Sequence record: NC_105513.1
Source of the DNA: a phage
Reading direction: 5' to 3' (one strand)
Length of the DNA stretch: 51,277 nt
In this document: in pieces, positions 47,093 to 51,277 of the stretch
How the letters are laid out: the number at the start of each line of letters is the position of its first letter
How positions within the stretch are numbered: the first letter of the stretch is position 1
The notes under the pieces: model-generated
What the model saw: the letters and a program-made list of their open reading frames with translations, nothing else
Told to the model about the DNA's origin: nothing
The model's database searches: none
Translations under genes and position numbers: made by a program

Positions 47093-47308
47093 ATGAAAGA
47101 TTTTTTAAACGCTGCAACTTCCGGCACTGGCGGCGCGTCAATCACTGGCGCGGTAACTGGTCAAACAACTATTGCAATAGCCAGCTTCGTTTTGATGGCT
47201 GCATTTGGTATGTGGGGCGCTTATCTTCGCTGGCGTGATAGTAAGGCGCTACGTAACGCGCTTGAATGCGGTGATATTAAGAAAGCTATTGAGATCAGAG
47301 GTAAATAA
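47093..47308 (+). CDS. holin
   Basis: 71 aa, hydrophobic core [29 protein letters not shown] and charged C-terminus; first gene of lysis cassette. Confidence 0.6.
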   Translation: MKDFLNAATSGTGGASITGAVTGQTTIAIASFVLMAAFGMWGAYLRWRDSKALRNALECGDIKKAIEIRGK

Positions 47309-47796
47309 TGAGTATAAAACAAAGAGTGACCGCTGCGGCTTTTGGCGTTGCTCTTGCTCTTACTTCTCCATTGCTGGAGGAAATAGAAGGAGTAAAATAT
47401 AAGCCGTACAAAGATATTGCTGGAATATGGACGGTTTGCGCCGGAATAACTGGACCTGACGTAATACCAGGTAAAACGTACACACAGAGAGAGTGCGATG
47501 CGCTACTGGCAAAGCATATCAAGATCGCAAAGGATGAAGTTGATAAGCGCGTGAAGGTTGATATTCCTGATACAATGCGCGCGGCAATGTATTCATTCAC
47601 ATACAATGCTGGCACTGGTGCTTTTAGAAATTCAACCATGCTTAAGCTGATTAATAACGGTCGTTATATGGAAGCGTGCGATCAGTTATGGCGATGGACA
47701 AAATACACCAATCCAAAAACAGGAAAGAAAGAAACGTCTAAAGGACTGCGAAACCGCCGCGCTGTGGAATTTAAATATTGCATTAAGGATCTGTAA
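47308..47796 (+). CDS. endolysin (phage lysozyme, GH24-like)
   Basis: 162 aa; E-x8-D-x5-T triad context ([16 protein letters not shown]); N-terminal hydrophobic stretch suggests signal-anchor-release type. Confidence 0.8.
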   Translation: MSIKQRVTAAAFGVALALTSPLLEEIEGVKYKPYKDIAGIWTVCAGITGPDVIPGKTYTQRECDALLAKHIKIAKDEVDKRVKVDIPDTMRAAMYSFTYNAGTGAFRNSTMLKLINNGRYMEACDQLWRWTKYTNPKTGKKETSKGLRNRRAVEFKYCIKDL

Positions 47797-47798
47797 TT

Positions 47799-48197
47799 AT
47801 GAGAAAGTTATCAATAATCGCAATCGCTGTTATTTTGTCTGGATGTTCAAGCGTTATGCCACTGACCGGATTAATCGGTAGTAAGCCGGAAATCACAGCA
47901 CAGGCAGGAGCGGAGAACGTAAAGCAGACCGTTGGCGTTACCGCAAAGCAGGACACCAGCACAAAACAGGAAACTACAATAAATGAATCTGCGGTTGATA
48001 AGGTGGACAATTCCAGCAAGAAGGATTTTACTACGTCAACCATTCAGGCTAACACCATCAAGGCTGATAAAATCCAGGTCGTGCAAGGTGGGCAAAGGAA
48101 GTGGTACGATCCTATAATCTATTGCGCGGCAATTTTTAGTGGTCTTTTGTCAATGCTTTACTTTTCCTACCGCAAAGGCAACAAAAAGGAGGCTTAA
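47799..48197 (+). CDS. unimolecular spanin (T1 gp11-like)
   Basis: 132 aa; N-terminal lipobox LSGC plus C-terminal TM helix IIYCAAIFSGLLSMLYFSY. Confidence 0.65.
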   Translation: MRKLSIIAIAVILSGCSSVMPLTGLIGSKPEITAQAGAENVKQTVGVTAKQDTSTKQETTINESAVDKVDNSSKKDFTTSTIQANTIKADKIQVVQGGQRKWYDPIIYCAAIFSGLLSMLYFSYRKGNKKEA

Positions 48198-48213
48198 CGC
48201 CTCCTTTGTTTTA
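48182..48213. terminator. bidirectional terminator after spanin gene
   Basis: GGAGGC-TTAAC-GCCTCC then TTTGTTTTA; spanin stop inside loop. Confidence 0.65.
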
Positions 48214-48432
48214 TAGTGAATCCATCAAATCTTGAAAGCTGTTTCCGCTATAATCATTCTCGACAAGAATGTAAGCACCTTTCTTCTTTATATCCCATAA
48301 CATTTCATTGTATTCGTAACGATTTATTTCAAACGTGCTACCATCTTCTCTTGTCGCAGTTCCTTTGTCGTTGAAAACATCAAAAGTTACATTGATGATT
48401 TTTGTTTCTTTCTTTGTTACTTTGATAGCCAT
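48211..48432 (-). CDS. hypothetical protein
   Basis: 73 aa from MAIKVTKK; start chosen because conserved leader GAGGATTTTAAAAATG precedes it. Confidence 0.5.
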   Translation of the reverse strand: MAIKVTKKETKIINVTFDVFNDKGTATREDGSTFEINRYEYNEMLWDIKKKGAYILVENDYSGNSFQDLMDSL

Positions 48433-48465
48433 TTTTAAAATCCTCATATTCGCTTCGATGAAACA

Positions 48466-48510
48466 AATATACCCGATACGAGATCAGGTGTTTTAACAAA
48501 AAGTGCTATT
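48466..48510 (-). promoter_or_regulatory. box-type promoter (box 48491..48510, -10 TATATT)
   Basis: 22-bp spacer; conserved leader CATCGAAGCGAATATGAGGA. Confidence 0.6.
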
Positions 48511-48700
48511 CAATACGCTTTACAGTAACCAACAAAACTCCGTCCTCATCACACAAATTATGCTCTGATATATCAAACGCTCGCATGTCAGAATGAATGA
48601 GCGTTAACATTGCGTGCATGAAGTCGTCATGTGAGATTGAACTTACGGCGCAGAACTTCAATATTTTGTCTATTAGCATTTGACGTAAACAATTCTTCAT
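48506..48700 (-). CDS. hypothetical protein (start uncertain)
   Basis: ORF overlaps 48627..49019 in another frame; stop TAG embedded in promoter box. Confidence 0.35.
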   Translation of the reverse strand: MKNCLRQMLIDKILKFCAVSSISHDDFMHAMLTLIHSDMRAFDISEHNLCDEDGVLLVTVKRIE

Positions 48701-49019
48701 CGCTCATTTCTCCGATCCGTAAAGCATCTCTTACCCATTCGTTTTGCATACCTTCCAGGCTGTAAAGTTCAAACGAGAAAGGGCGATTTGCTGATCCTTT
48801 CTTACACCAGAACTTTCCACCAACTCCATCAAGATAACCAGCGGTCATCATTCTTGCGCAAAATTCTTTTGAAACGGCACTTGCAAACATCCTCGGAGTA
48901 AATCCTGCGGCCCTTGCGAGCCGCTCACATTCTCTGTGCTGAAAGATAAATTTTGCTATATGTTGACGTGTAAACCATTCGAATGACTCACACCATCGAT
49001 ACAGATCCAGAAGAAACAT
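48627..49019 (-). CDS. hypothetical protein
   Basis: 130 aa ORF downstream of the large ATPase gene. Confidence 0.45.
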   Translation of the reverse strand: MFLLDLYRWCESFEWFTRQHIAKFIFQHRECERLARAAGFTPRMFASAVSKEFCARMMTAGYLDGVGGKFWCKKGSANRPFSFELYSLEGMQNEWVRDALRIGEMSDEELFTSNANRQNIEVLRRKFNLT

Positions 49020-49021
49020 AA

Positions 49022-50605
49022 TTACCCCAGCAATGTTGGATTTACAAAAACAACGCCATTAATCACACAAATATAATTTCTTTCTTCAAGCATCGGCAGC
49101 AGTTGCGTTTCCATACGCTTCATTACGCCAGCCTGGCCAACAAACGGCTTAACTTTTCGTGCAGCCTCATATATGGCGCGCACATTCAAGATCCCCTTGT
49201 TAGCCTTACCGTGTCGAGTGATGATCTCGATTAGTTTACCCATTTCAGCATCATCACCAGCATAGCCAGAAGCGTTGGCGGCGCTAATGTATGTTTTGCT
49301 CAACTCGCTAAACATCAGCAGTGCTTCCTGAACGGTTTCAACCTCAATCTCTTTCGACTTTTGAGGGTATCCGCCAGGATTAAACCAATTGCGGATAGTG
49401 TGCAAAACCGAAGCAATCCTGATCACCTGCTTATCCATTTTGCCAAGCGCACCGCGCAGCATTGTATGCGAATACTTTCCGCCATCGGCAAGGTGCGGTT
49501 CCATCTCCTGACGAGCCATGTTAAGAACTCGCATTGCGGATTTGCTGATCTTAAGCTGGATGTTCGATTCACTCATGATGTTATGGATCAGCTTGAAATA
49601 TTGGCTTTTCAGTTCTCCATCAACAGGTTCATAAGTAGAATCACCGTTATCATCAACAAACTTTCTACGGCCTAAAAATGATTCCTCACGCACAAGCAAA
49701 TAACGCTCACTTACACCGATACCGCGCGATCCTGCATCCATGATGGCATTGATTGTTTCATCCTGGGCAATTACCGCCATACAGCCAAGAGCTTTAAAAC
49801 TCATATTGTTGTCAGCGTTTGCGCGAGCTATAGAAACATGACCGTGATCCCATGCTTTTAATACAAGTTCGCTGTTGGTTTTACGTTCGCTATTGGCATA
49901 TGTCAGACCTAAAAGGCTGTTAATACTTGTTGCCTCGTCTGAAATCACAGCAAAGTTACCCTGGCGATTGTTGATTCTTGCAAGTCCTTCCGGCGTTGTG
50001 TCGGACACAGGGAAAACGATGTCACACATCTTTTCCAGTTTTTCTTCCAGATCTTCTTTCTCCTGGTACAGAGATTCCATATCAGCGCCGGAGCGCTCGC
50101 TTTTCATCTCTTTTGCAAGACCTGCCAACTTTGCCTGAATCTTTTTTCTTTCCTTCTTTCGCTGTTCATTAATTCTTTCCACTTCAGCAACCATAGGAGC
50201 AAGTGCCAGGCTGTTAACGGCAGATTTACCAGTTGATGGAGGCTGGCTTGTGACAACGTAAAGAGCGGTTGGTTGATCCGTTCCGTGATACTCAACCGTG
50301 AAGCGTCCAAGCATTGCAGCAGACACGCAGCCGATAAAATGCATATATGCCGATGATTCAGGGAACTGAACTGATCGAGCAATGTTGCGCGCCAACTTAC
50401 CAACAACATCAATATCATTGCCAAGAGAAATTACAGGGTAGCGATCGTTTCCGTTATTAACATCATTAACCTCACCCCAAAAGCTGGACGATTGACGGTA
50501 TCCGTTTGCCTGAATGGACACGCGCACAGGAGACAATCCTTGTGCATCAGCTAATTCGATAATTTGTTTTGGTGTTAGTTTATTGGTTTCAAACGAAAAA
50601 TTCAT
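49022..50605 (-). CDS. putative P-loop ATPase (replication-associated?)
   Basis: 527 aa from MNFSFETNK (RBS AAGGAG); deviant Walker A SQPPSTGKS and Walker B-like FAVISDEA. Confidence 0.55.
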   Translation of the reverse strand: MNFSFETNKLTPKQIIELADAQGLSPVRVSIQANGYRQSSSFWGEVNDVNNGNDRYPVISLGNDIDVVGKLARNIARSVQFPESSAYMHFIGCVSAAMLGRFTVEYHGTDQPTALYVVTSQPPSTGKSAVNSLALAPMVAEVERINEQRKKERKKIQAKLAGLAKEMKSERSGADMESLYQEKEDLEEKLEKMCDIVFPVSDTTPEGLARINNRQGNFAVISDEATSINSLLGLTYANSERKTNSELVLKAWDHGHVSIARANADNNMSFKALGCMAVIAQDETINAIMDAGSRGIGVSERYLLVREESFLGRRKFVDDNGDSTYEPVDGELKSQYFKLIHNIMSESNIQLKISKSAMRVLNMARQEMEPHLADGGKYSHTMLRGALGKMDKQVIRIASVLHTIRNWFNPGGYPQKSKEIEVETVQEALLMFSELSKTYISAANASGYAGDDAEMGKLIEIITRHGKANKGILNVRAIYEAARKVKPFVGQAGVMKRMETQLLPMLEERNYICVINGVVFVNPTLLG

Positions 50606-50632
50606 TGGTGATAACTCCTTTTTGATGCGGCA

Positions 50633-50677
50633 ATAATACCGCACCAATGCTACCCGCATTTAACAAAAAATGCTATT
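50633..50677 (-). promoter_or_regulatory. box-type promoter (box 50659..50677, -10 TATTAT)
   Basis: 22-bp spacer; leader CATCAAAAAGGAG; upstream of ATPase gene. Confidence 0.6.
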
Positions 50678-50894
50678 TGATCCGCTCTATGCTAACTAAG
50701 ATTTTTTCTGGTTCCTTTGCACTATGGCAATGCGCGGTTACAGAATCAACAAAATCAAAGTAAAGTGATTTGTGATATGAGAATCCAATCAGCCACCCAA
50801 CCATCGTTTTCTTTATTGGCCTGACTATATCGCCAGGCTTAAAGGTTTTTGTTGCCGAATAAGTCACCTTATAGCGATATTCAGTCTTGATCAC
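50673..50894 (-). CDS. hypothetical protein
   Basis: 73 aa ORF; stop TAG embedded in promoter box. Confidence 0.5.
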   Translation of the reverse strand: MIKTEYRYKVTYSATKTFKPGDIVRPIKKTMVGWLIGFSYHKSLYFDFVDSVTAHCHSAKEPEKILVSIERIK

Positions 50895-51277
50895 TTATAC
50901 ATAGCCTCAAACAAATGACAGCCACCAGCGGAAAATCCTACTTCTTCGCGGTATAGCGTCCAGCGGTCGCCAGCTTCATCAAAAACATAACCAGCAACAG
51001 CACCAAGAGCGCGACCTTGCTCAATCTGGTAACGCTTTCCTTCTTTGAAATGTTTTTTGCACGGGATCTTGTGATCTACAAAGGTGCATTTAATTGTTTT
51101 TGTCTTGATATGACGATAGTCAGACTCAACAGCGTTTTGCCACTTGCTACCCTTTGTAATGCTCTTTACCTGGAATTGCTCCAACTCGATCACATCATCG
51201 CTACCAGCAATTTTTTCGTATACAACTTTATAACGACCGTTCATCAAAACGTTGGTTTTATTGCAGATAACTTTCAT
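50891..51277 (-). CDS. hypothetical protein
   Basis: 128 aa; ATG is the last 3 bases of the window; its RBS AGGAG and promoter lie at window positions 1..76. Confidence 0.55.
   Translation of the reverse strand: MKVICNKTNVLMNGRYKVVYEKIAGSDDVIELEQFQVKSITKGSKWQNAVESDYRHIKTKTIKCTFVDHKIPCKKHFKEGKRYQIEQGRALGAVAGYVFDEAGDRWTLYREEVGFSAGGCHLFEAMYK

Noticed and set aside
1-51277. Prophage or integrative element (integrase, att sites, repressor)
   Set aside because: No tyrosine or serine recombinase-like ORF, no CI/Cro-like pair recognised; gene content matches a virulent T1-like phage. Only checked by eye.
1-51277. tRNA genes
   Set aside because: Found no cloverleaf-like segment with GTTC-type T-loop in intergenic regions by eye; the gaps are occupied by promoters and terminators. 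A tRNAscan run would be needed to exclude them formally.

Overview
The window reads as the complete, circularly permuted genome (51,277 bp) of a T1-like (Drexlerviridae-type) virulent siphophage of an enterobacterial host. The two window ends are contiguous: a promoter box, -10, RBS (1..76) and the ATG at 51275..51277 form one unit across the junction. Layout: (i) a leftward early block of about 22 small genes running 48211..51277 then 72..3232 on the minus strand, including a cytosine-5 methyltransferase-like gene and a large P-loop ATPase; (ii) a rightward block 3970..32318 with about 20 small accessory genes (lipoprotein, HAD phosphatase, P-loop kinase), then terminase, portal, capsid, lambda-like tail genes (G/GT frameshift chaperone, tape measure, M/L/K/I/J-like); (iii) a convergent Cor-like lipoprotein gene; (iv) a recombination module (PD-(D/E)XK exonuclease, Erf-like annealase, SSB); (v) a leftward block with a T5 pb1-like L-shaped tail fibre, a glycine-rich stand-alone gene and a zinc-finger primase-like gene; (vi) a rightward block with helicase, VRR-NUC, Dam-like N6A methyltransferase, metallophosphoesterase and a T1-type lysis cassette (holin, lysozyme, unimolecular spanin). 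No integrase, tRNA or CRISPR array was found. The most striking feature is an 18-copy 21-bp box (AATAGCACTTTTTGTTAAAAC) that starts at the stop codon of the preceding gene and is followed 21-22 bp later by a -10 hexamer and, in a subset, a conserved leader. Two homologous AT/GT-rich non-coding regions sit at the two divergent block junctions. All protein calls rest on motif recognition by eye and gene order; no database search was run.
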